A stretch of DNA of 63,461 nucleotides, counting the filler, from Candidatus Babelota bacterium (GTDB taxonomy: Bacteria; JAGOBX01), in assembly GCA_017999075.1 (NCBI GenBank). It is 8 parts of 8 records of this genome, joined end to end, with 100 filler letters (N's around TTAATTAATTAA, not from the genome) between each part and the next. Parts side by side here need not be neighbours in the genome. Positions count along the whole stretch, not along the records: positions 18,984 to 34,432 come from JAGOBX010000025.1; positions 34,533 to 49,928 come from JAGOBX010000026.1; 6 more parts are not named here. The stretch is one strand, 5' to 3'. Shown piece after piece: positions 28,388 through 38,498 of the stretch. Both the position numbers and the translations under genes were made by a program. The first letter of the stretch is position 1; each line of letters opens with the position of its first letter. The notes below the pieces were generated by a model. That model was not told the DNA's origin and made no database searches. It saw nothing but the letters and a program-made list of their open reading frames with translations.

Positions 28388-29294
28388 TTGCCAGCTCCTT
28401 TAACCTTAGAGCAATATTGGAACTATCAAGACCATTTGTCTTCTGATGAAATTTTTGACTTCCGTATAATCCGTCGGGATAACCTTTAGCGAAAAGATGA
28501 GTGAATTTGCAGTTGATATTTTTTTCCATTAATAAGAGAGATAAGTTTTCTCCAAGCCCGCCGCGCTTTACATGTTCTTCTATTATTAATATTTTTTTTG
28601 TTTTTTTTATGCTTTCCAAAAGTTCTTCTGATAATTCTAAAACAGGCATTTCTGAAATGACAAACAAATCTGCACCGGATTTTTTTAAACCAGCCAGTTT
28701 CAAAGCATCGAACACGTTTAATAATACAGGACCCACTCCGATAATTGTAGCATAAGTTCCTTCGCTAATTTTTCTTACAGGACGGTATTCTGTTAATGCT
28801 GCAGAATCAGGTTTGTTTCCAAATCCAAGACGAAGATATGCCGGACCTTCGGAATTCAGCATATTATAAACTATATTATCAACATCTTCATTACAGAAAG
28901 GGATGTAACATTTCATATTCTGGAAAGCAGACATCACTGCTATATCTTCTATTGAATGATGAGTTGCGCCCATTATACCGTAACCGTAACCTCCGCCGTT
29001 TCCGACTATTTTAACATTCATATTATGCAGACATACATCAAGTCTGATTTGTTCGGCAGGTCTGAATACTGCAAACGGAGCAATGCTGTAACATACAGGA
29101 ATAAGTCCCTCTGATGCAAGCCCTGCAGCTGCGGCAATCATATTTTGTTCTGATACTCCCATATTTATAAATCTGTTTTGTAAAGAAGCAGCAACATTTT
29201 CTAAAGCCATAAACCCAAGATCGCCAGTCAAAAAAATTATTTTTTCATTTGATAAGCTGTATTTTTCAATAGCTGAAGAAAATTCTTTACGCAT
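28380..29294 (-). CDS. Transketolase C-terminal (pyrimidine-binding) subunit
   Basis: LTGDLG, NMGVSEQNM, EQIR.D, GATHHSIED, PAYLRL, EEH...GGLG. Confidence 0.9.
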   Translation of the reverse strand: MRKEFSSAIEKYSLSNEKIIFLTGDLGFMALENVAASLQNRFINMGVSEQNMIAAAAGLASEGLIPVCYSIAPFAVFRPAEQIRLDVCLHNMNVKIVGNGGGYGYGIMGATHHSIEDIAVMSAFQNMKCYIPFCNEDVDNIVYNMLNSEGPAYLRLGFGNKPDSAALTEYRPVRKISEGTYATIIGVGPVLLNVFDALKLAGLKKSGADLFVISEMPVLELSEELLESIKKTKKILIIEEHVKRGGLGENLSLLLMEKNINCKFTHLFAKGYPDGLYGSQKFHQKTNGLDSSNIALRLKELANE

Positions 29295-30078
29295 TGAATT
29301 TCTCCGCTTCTTTCATTGCAGTTTCATACTGAACATCATTCATAGGAAGATAATGCCATTCGAATTTATTTTCCATAAATGAAATACCGCTGCCTTTAAC
29401 TGTTTTCGCGATTATGCATTTTGGTTTATTAGATTTTAATGAATCGATATTTTTAAAAGATTCATTAAGAGAATCGAAACTATTTCCGTTTTCTGCAGTA
29501 ACTGTTTCAAAATTAAAATCTTTCCATTTATTTTGAAGCGGTTCCAAATCTATAATGTCTTTGCATTTTCCAAATCCCTGTAATCCGTTGTTATCAATTA
29601 TAACAGTGAGATTAGATAATTTTTTTTGGGCAGCGAATAATGCAGCTTCCCACGTTGAACCTTCATTGCAGTCTCCGTCAGACAATACGCAATAAACATT
29701 AAAATTTTTTTTTGTGAAACAGCAGGATAATGCTATACCAGTAGAAAGTGAAAGCCCGTGACCTAAACTTCCTGTACCGAATATTACGCCGTTCAATTTT
29801 TTATTACAAGGAGGATGAGCGGCAAGGAGAGTACCGTCTTTATAAAATGTTTTCAATTCTTCTTCACTTATTTTTCCGGATTTGTTTAAAACTGTATATA
29901 ATGCTGCAGCAGCATGCCCTTTTGATAAAATGAATTTGTCTTCTGGATTCATTTTATAAAAAAATAAATATATTAAAATATCAAGGCAAGATAATGAAGT
30001 TCCGATATGACCTGCGTTTGCATTTTTATAAAGCGTTAAAAGAGTTTTAAGGCAATCATACTTGATTTTTTTTAGCAT
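29287..30078 (-). CDS. Transketolase N-terminal (TPP-binding) subunit
   Basis: AGHIG, LSKGHA, TGSLGHG, SDGDCNEGSTWE, TVKG.G..FME..EWHY. The start is probably MLKK at 30078 rather than 30153. Confidence 0.88.
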   Translation of the reverse strand: MLKKIKYDCLKTLLTLYKNANAGHIGTSLSCLDILIYLFFYKMNPEDKFILSKGHAAAALYTVLNKSGKISEEELKTFYKDGTLLAAHPPCNKKLNGVIFGTGSLGHGLSLSTGIALSCCFTKKNFNVYCVLSDGDCNEGSTWEAALFAAQKKLSNLTVIIDNNGLQGFGKCKDIIDLEPLQNKWKDFNFETVTAENGNSFDSLNESFKNIDSLKSNKPKCIIAKTVKGSGISFMENKFEWHYLPMNDVQYETAMKEAEKFNA

Positions 30079-30217
30079 ATTTTTCTGTATTGTAATAATA
30101 ATAAATTTATTATATTGATATATTACCATAAAATAACTCCCAATAAAAATCAAGGGATTTTAATAAATTCTTGTTTTGATTTTTCTGTAATTTTATTATA
30201 TATTTATTTGTAATATT

Positions 30218-31042
30218 ATGAAAAAATGTTTTTGTATTTTTATAATTATATTTATGATCAATAATTTATTTGCTGAATCAGATGTTATTAAACCTATAAT
30301 AAAAATAAAAGATATACCTTTACCCAAAGGTTATAAGCGGTTAAATTATGATTTGAATTCTTATGAATATTGGTTATCATCAAGACCATTAAAAAAAACA
30401 GGATCAAAGGTATATCTTTTTAATGGGAAATTAAAAAATAATCAGAATGTTCATTATGCTGTCATTGATATTGATGTGGGGAATAAGAATTTGCAGCAAT
30501 GCGCAGATGCTGTAATCCGATTGAGATCTGAATATTTATATTCACAGAATTTATATGAAAAAATATCATTTGGATTTGTTAATGGCTTTAAAGCAGAATA
30601 TTCTAAATGGCGAAGAGGATATTCTATTAAAGTGAATAATAATAAATGTTGCTGGATTCCGGTTAATCAAAATCAATCGGATTATACTGGTTTCAGAAAA
30701 TATTTAGATATTGTGTTTAGTTACGCAAACAGTTTTTCCCTTCAAAAGGAAATGAGTGGAATAACCAAAATTTCTGACATAAATATAGGAGATGTCTTTA
30801 TTCAAGGAGGATTTCCAGGACATGCTGTTATTGTTGTAGATCTTGCTGTGAATACAAGTAATGATTTTGATAAAATATTTTTATTGGCTCAAAGTTATAT
30901 GCCTGCTCAGGATATTCATATTTTAAAAAATATTACAGATGAAAATTTAACACCTTGGTATAATGTGAATTTTCAAAACGAATTAATTACACCTGAATGG
31001 ACTTTTTATAAAAATGATTTATATAGATTTAAAAAAAAATAA
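30218..31042 (+). CDS. Secreted DUF4846-like protein
   Basis: Signal peptide; DIDVG..NLQQCADAVIRLR.EY, GDVFIQGGFPGHAVIVVD, LAQSYMPAQ. Confidence 0.75.
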   Translation: MKKCFCIFIIIFMINNLFAESDVIKPIIKIKDIPLPKGYKRLNYDLNSYEYWLSSRPLKKTGSKVYLFNGKLKNNQNVHYAVIDIDVGNKNLQQCADAVIRLRSEYLYSQNLYEKISFGFVNGFKAEYSKWRRGYSIKVNNNKCCWIPVNQNQSDYTGFRKYLDIVFSYANSFSLQKEMSGITKISDINIGDVFIQGGFPGHAVIVVDLAVNTSNDFDKIFLLAQSYMPAQDIHILKNITDENLTPWYNVNFQNELITPEWTFYKNDLYRFKKK

Positions 31043-31068
31043 TATAAATTATGAGATTTTGAGATTTA

Positions 31069-32706
31069 TCATTTTGTTAATTTAACATTTTTTAACGCTT
31101 CCTGCATTTTTTTTAATAATTCGCCCGTATCCTGATCCTGATATTTATTGAGTTTTTCTGCAATATTAAGGTATTCTCCGCATTTATTATAATCTTTTTC
31201 ATCGAAATATATAATTGCCGAAAATAAATAATTATTTGCTTTTTCAGAACCAAATTCTATGGATTTCAAAAAACAATTTTTGGCTTCTTTATAATATTTG
31301 TTTTCTAATAGAAATTGTCCGTAGAATGAATATACATTTTTTTTATCATAATGCATTGATATAAGTTTTTCGTAATTTATTTTAATTTTTTTTTTGTCAT
31401 CGGTAATTTCATATGCTTGTATTAACAAGAAAAGAAAATCAGGATATTTTAATATAAAATCAGGATATTTTGCAATAAAGGTTTCAATATTTTTTAAAGA
31501 TTTGAGAATAAAATGCTTGTCATTTTTTTTAATGAATTCGGATAAGGTGACAAAATTTTCAGAAATAAATTCAGAATAAATCAAATCTTTTTTTGAGAAA
31601 TTTTTTAATATAATATTTTTTTTTGATTTAGGAATTATAATTATAGCATTACCTTTCCATATTTCTTTTAAAAAAATAGTATTGCAGAATTCTATATGTG
31701 AATTTTGCAGTCCTGCAACCGCATATAGGTTTTCAGTTATTTTTCCATAAACAACTATAACATGGTCGGTAGAAAACATATTATTATCTATATCAACATT
31801 TAACAGAATCGGAAAATCATTATAAATTAAAAAATTTAATGCATCAAAATCAATTTGGCCTATATGGATATATAACTCGTTATTATCTTTCAAATAATTA
31901 ATAACATTCAGCCAATTATTTTTTGAAGTTGAATTTTCATACATTTTTGCCTTGTCAAAAAAAAACTTATAGTAATTGAATATTGATTCAATAGCATTAT
32001 AAATGCATCTTTTTTTTTCTGAATTAGGTTCTAAATATGATATGCCTCTGATTAAATGACAATTTGAATCATTGTCAATTAAATGTGAACAAATATTTTT
32101 ATAAATAATACTGCGTGAATCATAGGTAATATCATTAAAAATAGCAAAAGCCTTCGAAAAATCATGTTTTAAAAAATAATATCTTCCTAAATAAAAATTA
32201 AATTCAATTTTTTTTTGAACAACATTAAAGTTTTGTTCAAAAAAATTAATGTATTCGTCATTTAAAGAATTATCAATCAGAATTTCAAAATAATTTTTTA
32301 TTATAGTAAAGAAATGTTTGTTTTCCCAACTTGAATTTACTTTTAGAAAGTCACGTAATGTCGTTAAACTGCTGAGATTGTCATTGCTGTTTAAGTAACA
32401 GATGTGTATAAAATTTATTGATTTATATATTATATCTGCAGGCAAATTATTTTCTGATAATAGATTTTTGAAATCGTAAATTGCTTCTGAAAAGTTTTTT
32501 TTATAAAAATTCAGAATTGATTTTAAATATTTATATTCAAAATTCTTGAAATTGCCAGAGTTAATGTGTTTTTCGATAAATTCCGGAGATTCGGAATTTT
32601 CAAATAATAAAATTGTACTTTTAAAATCTTTTGAATTTTCATTTGCAATTAGGGGGGAACTTAAAATTCCCCCTAAAAAAAAAATCAATAAATATTTTAA
32701 AAGCAT
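31069..32706 (-). CDS. Exported TPR protein with a central C39-like (papain-fold) domain
   Basis: Signal peptide; TPR-like helices at both ends; central RCIYNAIESIFNYY ... DHVIVVYG. Confidence 0.55.
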   Translation of the reverse strand: MLLKYLLIFFLGGILSSPLIANENSKDFKSTILLFENSESPEFIEKHINSGNFKNFEYKYLKSILNFYKKNFSEAIYDFKNLLSENNLPADIIYKSINFIHICYLNSNDNLSSLTTLRDFLKVNSSWENKHFFTIIKNYFEILIDNSLNDEYINFFEQNFNVVQKKIEFNFYLGRYYFLKHDFSKAFAIFNDITYDSRSIIYKNICSHLIDNDSNCHLIRGISYLEPNSEKKRCIYNAIESIFNYYKFFFDKAKMYENSTSKNNWLNVINYLKDNNELYIHIGQIDFDALNFLIYNDFPILLNVDIDNNMFSTDHVIVVYGKITENLYAVAGLQNSHIEFCNTIFLKEIWKGNAIIIIPKSKKNIILKNFSKKDLIYSEFISENFVTLSEFIKKNDKHFILKSLKNIETFIAKYPDFILKYPDFLFLLIQAYEITDDKKKIKINYEKLISMHYDKKNVYSFYGQFLLENKYYKEAKNCFLKSIEFGSEKANNYLFSAIIYFDEKDYNKCGEYLNIAEKLNKYQDQDTGELLKKMQEALKNVKLTK

Positions 32707-32785
32707 TTTCCGGACAACAAAAGTAAGGAAATTGATAACTAATCAAAAATTAGAATATTCCAATCGATTAAAGTTAAAATAAATT

Positions 32786-34432
32786 TTATTTCACTACGAA
32801 ACTCAGTATTTTTTTAGGAATATAAACCGATTTTATAATTTCCTTTCCATTTAGCCATTGCTGAGTTTTTTCGTCTTTTAAAGCAGTTTCACGCATTTCG
32901 TTTTCTTCAATATCTGCATTAACTGTAAGTTTGCTTCTGACTTTTCCATTGATTTGAACAACAACAGTTATTTCGTCAAACACAATAAATCTTCTGTCAA
33001 ACATAGGAAAATTCTCTTTGAAAATTGATTCAGTATTACCTGTAATTTCCCATAATTCTTCTGTTATATGCGGAACAAAAGGCGCTGCAAGTTTTAAAAT
33101 AGAATCAGAAAATAATTTTAATATAGAAGATTTAACATCCGCAACCGATTTCAATTCGTTGGTTAATTCCATAATTGCAGCCACTGAAGTATTGAAATGA
33201 AACGATTTTTCAATATCCTCTCTGGCTTTTTTTATTGTCTGATGGATTTTACAGAGCAGTCTTTTATTATCTTTATTTAAATCATCCCCATCTCCGGAAT
33301 ATGATTTTGTTTGTTTTAAAATTTCAGCATTTTCTGTTATGATTGACCATAATCTTCTTAAAAATTTATGCGATCCTATTACACTTGTGTCAATCCATTC
33401 TGCATCTCTTTCCGGAGGTCCAATAAAAAGTGTGTACAACCTCTGTGTGTCCGCGCCGTATTTTTCTATTAAAATATCCGGAGAAACAACGTTTCCTTTT
33501 GATTTGCTCATTTTTTCAAGCTGGCCCGAAATATTGCTGACTTTACAAATCATCCCTTGAGTAAATAAAGCTTTAAACGGTTCTTTGATTCCTACATATT
33601 TTAAATCATAAAGGACTTTTACTATAAATCTTGAATACAGCAGATGTAATACAGCGTGTTCAATCCCTCCGATATACTGGTCCACCGGCATCCATTTATC
33701 TATATCATCTTTTATGAAAGGAACTTTGTTTTCTTTAGGAGAAATAAATCTTAAAAAATACCAGCAGCTGCAAAGCCATTGAGCTATTGTATCAGTTTCC
33801 CTATGTGCAGGTCCGCCGCATTTAGGACATTTTGTATTGACAAATTCTTCTACAAAAGCTAAGGGGCTTTTTCCTTTAGGTTTAAAATCAACTTTATCTA
33901 CTGACGGCAATTCAACAGGCAGATCTGTTTCAGGAACAGGCACTTCGCCGCATTTTTCACAAAAAATAATTGGAATAGGAGCTCCCCAATATCTTTGACG
34001 GGAAATAAGCCAATCACGTATTCTGTAATTGACTTTGAATTCTCCGCGTTTTGAGTCTGCAAGGTATTCTGTAATTTTTTTTATTGCTTTAATGTTGTTT
34101 AACCCGTTAAAATCACCTGAATTTACAAGGTTTCCTTCTTCAACATAAGCCTGAGTCATTTTGTCCGGATTCAAAATTTCAGATTCTGGCTGGATAACTA
34201 TTATAATGGGTAATCCGTATTTTTTTGCAAATTCAAAATCACGTTGGTCATGGGCAGGAACAGCCATAACCGCTCCTGTTCCGTAATCCATTAAAGCATA
34301 GTTTGCTATCCAAAGAGGAACTTTTTCGTTGTTTAAAGGATTTATAACATATTTCCCAGTAAATACTCCTTTTTTTTCAGCAGTGTCTGAAGTTCTGGCG
34401 ATGAAAGTTTGTTTTTTTACTTCTTCAATAAA
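32786..34432 (-). CDS. leuS: Leucine--tRNA ligase, 5'-truncated
   Basis: Open to the contig edge; [50 protein letters not shown]. Confidence 0.96.
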   Translation of the reverse strand, partial: FIEEVKKQTFIARTSDTAEKKGVFTGKYVINPLNNEKVPLWIANYALMDYGTGAVMAVPAHDQRDFEFAKKYGLPIIIVIQPESEILNPDKMTQAYVEEGNLVNSGDFNGLNNIKAIKKITEYLADSKRGEFKVNYRIRDWLISRQRYWGAPIPIIFCEKCGEVPVPETDLPVELPSVDKVDFKPKGKSPLAFVEEFVNTKCPKCGGPAHRETDTIAQWLCSCWYFLRFISPKENKVPFIKDDIDKWMPVDQYIGGIEHAVLHLLYSRFIVKVLYDLKYVGIKEPFKALFTQGMICKVSNISGQLEKMSKSKGNVVSPDILIEKYGADTQRLYTLFIGPPERDAEWIDTSVIGSHKFLRRLWSIITENAEILKQTKSYSGDGDDLNKDNKRLLCKIHQTIKKAREDIEKSFHFNTSVAAIMELTNELKSVADVKSSILKLFSDSILKLAAPFVPHITEELWEITGNTESIFKENFPMFDRRFIVFDEITVVVQINGKVRSKLTVNADIEENEMRETALKDEKTQQWLNGKEIIKSVYIPKKILSFVVK

Positions 34433-34532
34433 NNNNNNNNNNNNNNNNNNNNNNNNNNNNNNNNNNNNNNNNNNNNTTAATTAATTAANNNNNNNNNNNN
34501 NNNNNNNNNNNNNNNNNNNNNNNNNNNNNNNN
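34433..34532. other. Artificial contig linker
   Basis: N44-TTAATTAATTAA-N44. Confidence 0.98.
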
Positions 34533-34596
34533 ATATTGTATTTATAAACTTGTTTCGTGAAAAATTTGAAAATCCTTCTTTTAAAAAAAATAACAT
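34533..34596 (-). CDS. ftsX: Cell division permease FtsX, N-terminal fragment (not in ORF track)
   Basis: ATG at 34596 reads MLFFLKEGFSNFSRNKFINTI to the contig edge, a typical FtsX start, directly downstream of ftsE. Confidence 0.7.
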
Positions 34597-34672
34597 AATA
34601 AAAATTCTCTTAATTTTATTTAATAAAAAATTGTATACTTATTTTCCAGTTCTGTTTTTTTATGAAATTTAT

Positions 34673-35350
34673 TTAACTATTTAAATTTTTTTTATCTTCG
34701 ACTATTGCTCCGTCTTTCAATGATATTATTCGGCTGTTGAACATTTTGGTGAAATCATTATTATGAGTAGCCATTATTACAGTAGTTCCTTTGAAATGCA
34801 GGTTTCTTAATAATTCAATAATATTTTTACCGTTTTCCACGTCAAGGTTTCCTGTAGGCTCGTCTGCAAGTATAATCAAAGGTTCGTTCACAAGAGCTCT
34901 TGCTATTGCGGCCCGCTGTTGTTCGCCGCTGCTTAACATATGCGGGAATACATCTCTTTTATACCACAACCCGAGTTCTTTAAGAATTTTTTCTGATTTT
35001 ATTTTAACATTAGATTTAGAAATTTTTAGTACATTCATTATGTAAGAAGTGTTTTCATAAACCGTTTTATTGTATAATAACTTGAAATCCTGGAAGACCA
35101 CCCCGATCTTTCTTCTTAGATAGGGAATTTTTGATTCGCGTAATGATGTTATATTTTGATTGTCGATAAATATTTGTCCGGAATCAGGGTTTATACCTTT
35201 AAAAATTAATTTTAATAAAGTCGTTTTTCCTGAACCGCTATGTCCGGTTAAAAATACGAATTCGCCGCGTTGTATTTCAAATGAAATATTGTCAACAGCT
35301 TTTACGGTACCGTTTTGGTACCATTTTTTTACATTTTTAAATTTTATCAT
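34673..35350 (-). CDS. ftsE: Cell division ATP-binding protein FtsE
   Basis: [60 protein letters not shown]. Confidence 0.92.
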   Translation of the reverse strand: MIKFKNVKKWYQNGTVKAVDNISFEIQRGEFVFLTGHSGSGKTTLLKLIFKGINPDSGQIFIDNQNITSLRESKIPYLRRKIGVVFQDFKLLYNKTVYENTSYIMNVLKISKSNVKIKSEKILKELGLWYKRDVFPHMLSSGEQQRAAIARALVNEPLIILADEPTGNLDVENGKNIIELLRNLHFKGTTVIMATHNNDFTKMFNSRIISLKDGAIVEDKKNLNS

Positions 35351-35363
35351 ATTTAATATTAAA

Positions 35364-36929
35364 TCAATTAAGAATTATTATTATAGTTCTTATTATTTTA
35401 TTGTAGAAATTTTCAAATATATTTGATAATCCCATATCATTTCTAAATAAAATCATTACAGTTAGTATCATAAGTATTATTTGAATTGAATTGAATAAAA
35501 ATTTATTATCAAACCTTTTTCTGTAAATATAAAGGCCGAATAGAAAAGATAAAAGCTGGAACACAACTATAATTGTTTTTGCAAAAACAGGAATATCAAG
35601 TAATGAGAACATATATAATCCAGCACTTAAAACGCTTAAATAATAAAATATAAAAAGAAGTATAAATCCTTTTATGATATTCTGTATCTGCTTTTCCCAA
35701 AGTATAAAAAAAAGAACCTGAACTGCTATAATCTGGAAAATACCTGTTTGCCAGACTATATAATGGTTTGTTGCAAAATTAATTCTTGATATGTAAATTG
35801 AATAAGCAGCGGCGATTCCGATATTTCCTAAAAAGAGTAAAGTTTCGCTTTTAAGTATGAAAATACAATAAAAAGAAATGATAATAATTAAACACAAGAT
35901 ATATGAATAATTAAAATGCTGCTTAAGCTCAAATCGGGCAATTTTATCGGATATTTTAATGTTTTTGTCTTCAAAAAAACCAGTTAAAATTTTAAACTCA
36001 TTTTCCAGCTGCTGTTTTTTTATTTCAATCGGGGCATAAATAATAAATTTGTAAATGTTGGAATAAAAATTTTTGTTTAATATTTTAATTCTTTGAAGCA
36101 TTGTATGAGTTAATGAAAAATATTTTACTTTATTAATTAAATGCGGATATTTGTAAATTAAATTGTTTTTGAATATAATATAATCGGTATTGTCAATGTT
36201 ATTTAAAATGTCCGGAATATTTTCCGAAGGAAACTCATCTAAAACAAAAACATTGATATTTGATTTATATTTTTTTATATCTTCGATTGTAGGATCAAGA
36301 ATAGCGATTTTAAAATTCATATCTTGAAATTTTTTTATAATATTATCCTGGTAATACAACTTTATTTTACTGAAATTTTCTAATGGATTATGGACTTCTA
36401 ATATATTTATTGATTGAGGTTTTGAATCACTGTCGGCTGAATATATTTTTTTTACTTGAATACTGTTTTCTTTCAAAGAATGATAAATTTTATTTGCTAA
36501 AAAATTGTCGTCTAAAATTAAATATTGATAAACAGGAGTAATAGCCCCATCATATTTCATGATATTTTTTAAAATAGCATTATTATCATATAAAATTCCG
36601 GAGACCCGGTTTTGATTGATTATATCTGCTCCTGACATAACCGTAACTAATCCTTTTAGTATGAGTTCTTCCAAATTTATTTTGTCAAATAATATATGAG
36701 AAAATCGGTATTTTTTCAGCATATTAACATAAACGTCTTTATCTGAATTTAAATTAATTTCATCTTTTATTGTATCAACCAATAAATCGCTTTTCACGCA
36801 TAAAACCACTGAATTATAAGTTTCGATTATTTTCTTATTTTGAAAATATATTATTGATGTAATAATGCAAAATAATATTAAAGAAGAATAAAAGATAATT
36901 TTTAAAGATGAAATGATTTTATTTTTCAT
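35364..36929 (-). CDS. Hypothetical membrane protein (N-terminal TM, large extracytoplasmic domain, ~6 C-terminal TMs; DUF5693-like)
   Basis: Hydropathy pattern; the segment LEELILKGLVTVMSGADI resembles DUF5693 members (weak match). Confidence 0.5.
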   Translation of the reverse strand: MKNKIISSLKIIFYSSLILFCIITSIIYFQNKKIIETYNSVVLCVKSDLLVDTIKDEINLNSDKDVYVNMLKKYRFSHILFDKINLEELILKGLVTVMSGADIINQNRVSGILYDNNAILKNIMKYDGAITPVYQYLILDDNFLANKIYHSLKENSIQVKKIYSADSDSKPQSINILEVHNPLENFSKIKLYYQDNIIKKFQDMNFKIAILDPTIEDIKKYKSNINVFVLDEFPSENIPDILNNIDNTDYIIFKNNLIYKYPHLINKVKYFSLTHTMLQRIKILNKNFYSNIYKFIIYAPIEIKKQQLENEFKILTGFFEDKNIKISDKIARFELKQHFNYSYILCLIIIISFYCIFILKSETLLFLGNIGIAAAYSIYISRINFATNHYIVWQTGIFQIIAVQVLFFILWEKQIQNIIKGFILLFIFYYLSVLSAGLYMFSLLDIPVFAKTIIVVFQLLSFLFGLYIYRKRFDNKFLFNSIQIILMILTVMILFRNDMGLSNIFENFYNKIIRTIIIILN

Positions 36930-38038
36930 TTTTTTTATCCGCCTGTTTTTTTAAAAATGATTTTATAAATAAATCTATATTACCGTCCATCACAGACTGA
37001 ATGTTTCCAATTTCAACATCGGTTCTGTGATCTTTAACCATAGTATAAGGTTGAAATACATAAGACCTGATTTGATGTCCCCAGGCAATATCGGATTTAT
37101 CTCCTGCGATTTTATTAAGTTCCTTTTTTTTTTCTTCTTCAAGTTTTGAATAAAGTTTTGATTTCAAAATAAGTATAGCGCTTGCTTTGTTTTTATGCTG
37201 GCTTCGTTCTGTTTGGCATTGGGCTACTATTCCTGTAGGCATATGAGTTATACGTACAGCAGAATCGGTTTTGTTGATATGCTGTCCTCCGGCGCCTGAA
37301 GCCCTGTAAGTATCGATCCTTAAATCTTCTTCATTAATTTCTATTTTTATGTCTTCACTTATTTCAGGCATCACAGAAACAGCAGCAAAACTTGTGTGGC
37401 GCCGTGCGTTCGAATCAAATGGAGATATCCTGACAAGCCTGTGTATTCCCTGTTCTGTTGAGATATATCCATAAGCAAATTTACCTTTAACCAATATAGT
37501 AACATTTTTAATTCCAGCTTCTTCGCCAAGCTGATAATCGAGTATTTCATATTCAAAATGCATTTTTTCAAACCAGTGAAGATACATCCTGTAAAGCATT
37601 TGCGCCCAATCTTGAGATTCTGTTCCTCCAGCCCCAGGATGAATATTTAATATGGCGTTGTTTCCAGACATTTCTGCGGAAAACAAGGTCTCAATTTCGA
37701 TATTTTCAAATAGTTCTTTTAGCTCGGATATTTTGGCTTCACAAAATGTTTTTAATTCTGCATCTTCGCCGCTTTCAAGCAACTGCAAAGATATTTCTAT
37801 TTCTTCTATATCTGTATTTATCTTATCAAATAAATTTATATTTTCTTTCAATCTGCTTATTTCGCGGTTTATAACAGAAGCAGCTTTATTGTCGTTCCAA
37901 AAATCAGGGGAAGCTGTTTTTAATTCAAGAGTTTTAAGTTTTTCTTTGCTGTTATCGTAGTCAAAGATACCTCCGAATATCGCTTCCTGCAATTTTTTTT
38001 AAATTTTCACAGAATTGTTTTATTTCGATGTTTTCCAT
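36919..38038 (-). CDS. prfB: Peptide chain release factor 2 with programmed +1 frameshift at codon 26
   Basis: ATG at 38038 (RBS GGAG) reads MENIEIKQFCENLKKIAGSDIRRYL, then CTT-TGA-C (37966-37960); the +1 frame continues DYDN... and contains the SPF and GGQ motifs. Confidence 0.97.
37960..37974 (-). promoter_or_regulatory. prfB frameshift cassette (internal Shine-Dalgarno GGAGGT plus CTTTGAC)
   Basis: Minus strand reads GGAGGTATCTTTGAC. Confidence 0.95.
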
Positions 38039-38120
38039 GTTTTTCTCCGTTTATTATATTGCATTAATTTTGGAATGCAAATATAGCGCGCAAAATGCGC
38101 ATTTAAGCATAAATAAAAAG

Positions 38121-38149
38121 TTGAAATCTTTTTACAGACAAAATATAAT
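38121..38149 (+). promoter_or_regulatory. Sigma70-like promoter TTGAAA-17 nt-TATAAT
   Basis: Near-consensus boxes with a 17-nt spacer, about 35 nt upstream of the ORF at 38184. Confidence 0.5.
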
Positions 38150-38183
38150 AATATCGTTAAAAAATCAAGATAGATGATTAATT

Positions 38184-38414
38184 ATGAATGATAAAAAAAA
38201 TAAAATTAATGACGTTTTTGATAATCAAAAGAATATTAAAGTGAATTATAAGAAAAAAATTTCTGCTAAAATAAAAAAAATAAAATTATTTTTTTATTAT
38301 AATTCTTACGAAAGGCCTGTTTCACTTTTTACGTTATGGCAATTTATAAAAATTGTTTTGTTTATTTTGATTATAGTAGCGATTTTTTACAAATTCTTTT
38401 TACCTAAAAGTTGA
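38184..38414 (+). CDS. Small basic membrane protein, hypothetical
   Basis: 76 aa, Lys-rich N-terminus, C-terminal TM, upstream promoter. Confidence 0.55.
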   Translation: MNDKKNKINDVFDNQKNIKVNYKKKISAKIKKIKLFFYYNSYERPVSLFTLWQFIKIVLFILIIVAIFYKFFLPKS

Positions 38415-38498
38415 TTTGAAAAATATATGATTATATTTTGATAACATAATACAATTTGTCAGGCTTTGAAGTTTTTAGGACATTCAAAATCGGTATAT

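Noticed and set aside
30079-30153. N-terminal extension of the transketolase ORF in the track
   Set aside because: AT-rich divergent promoter region; similarity to transketolase begins at the Met at 30078.
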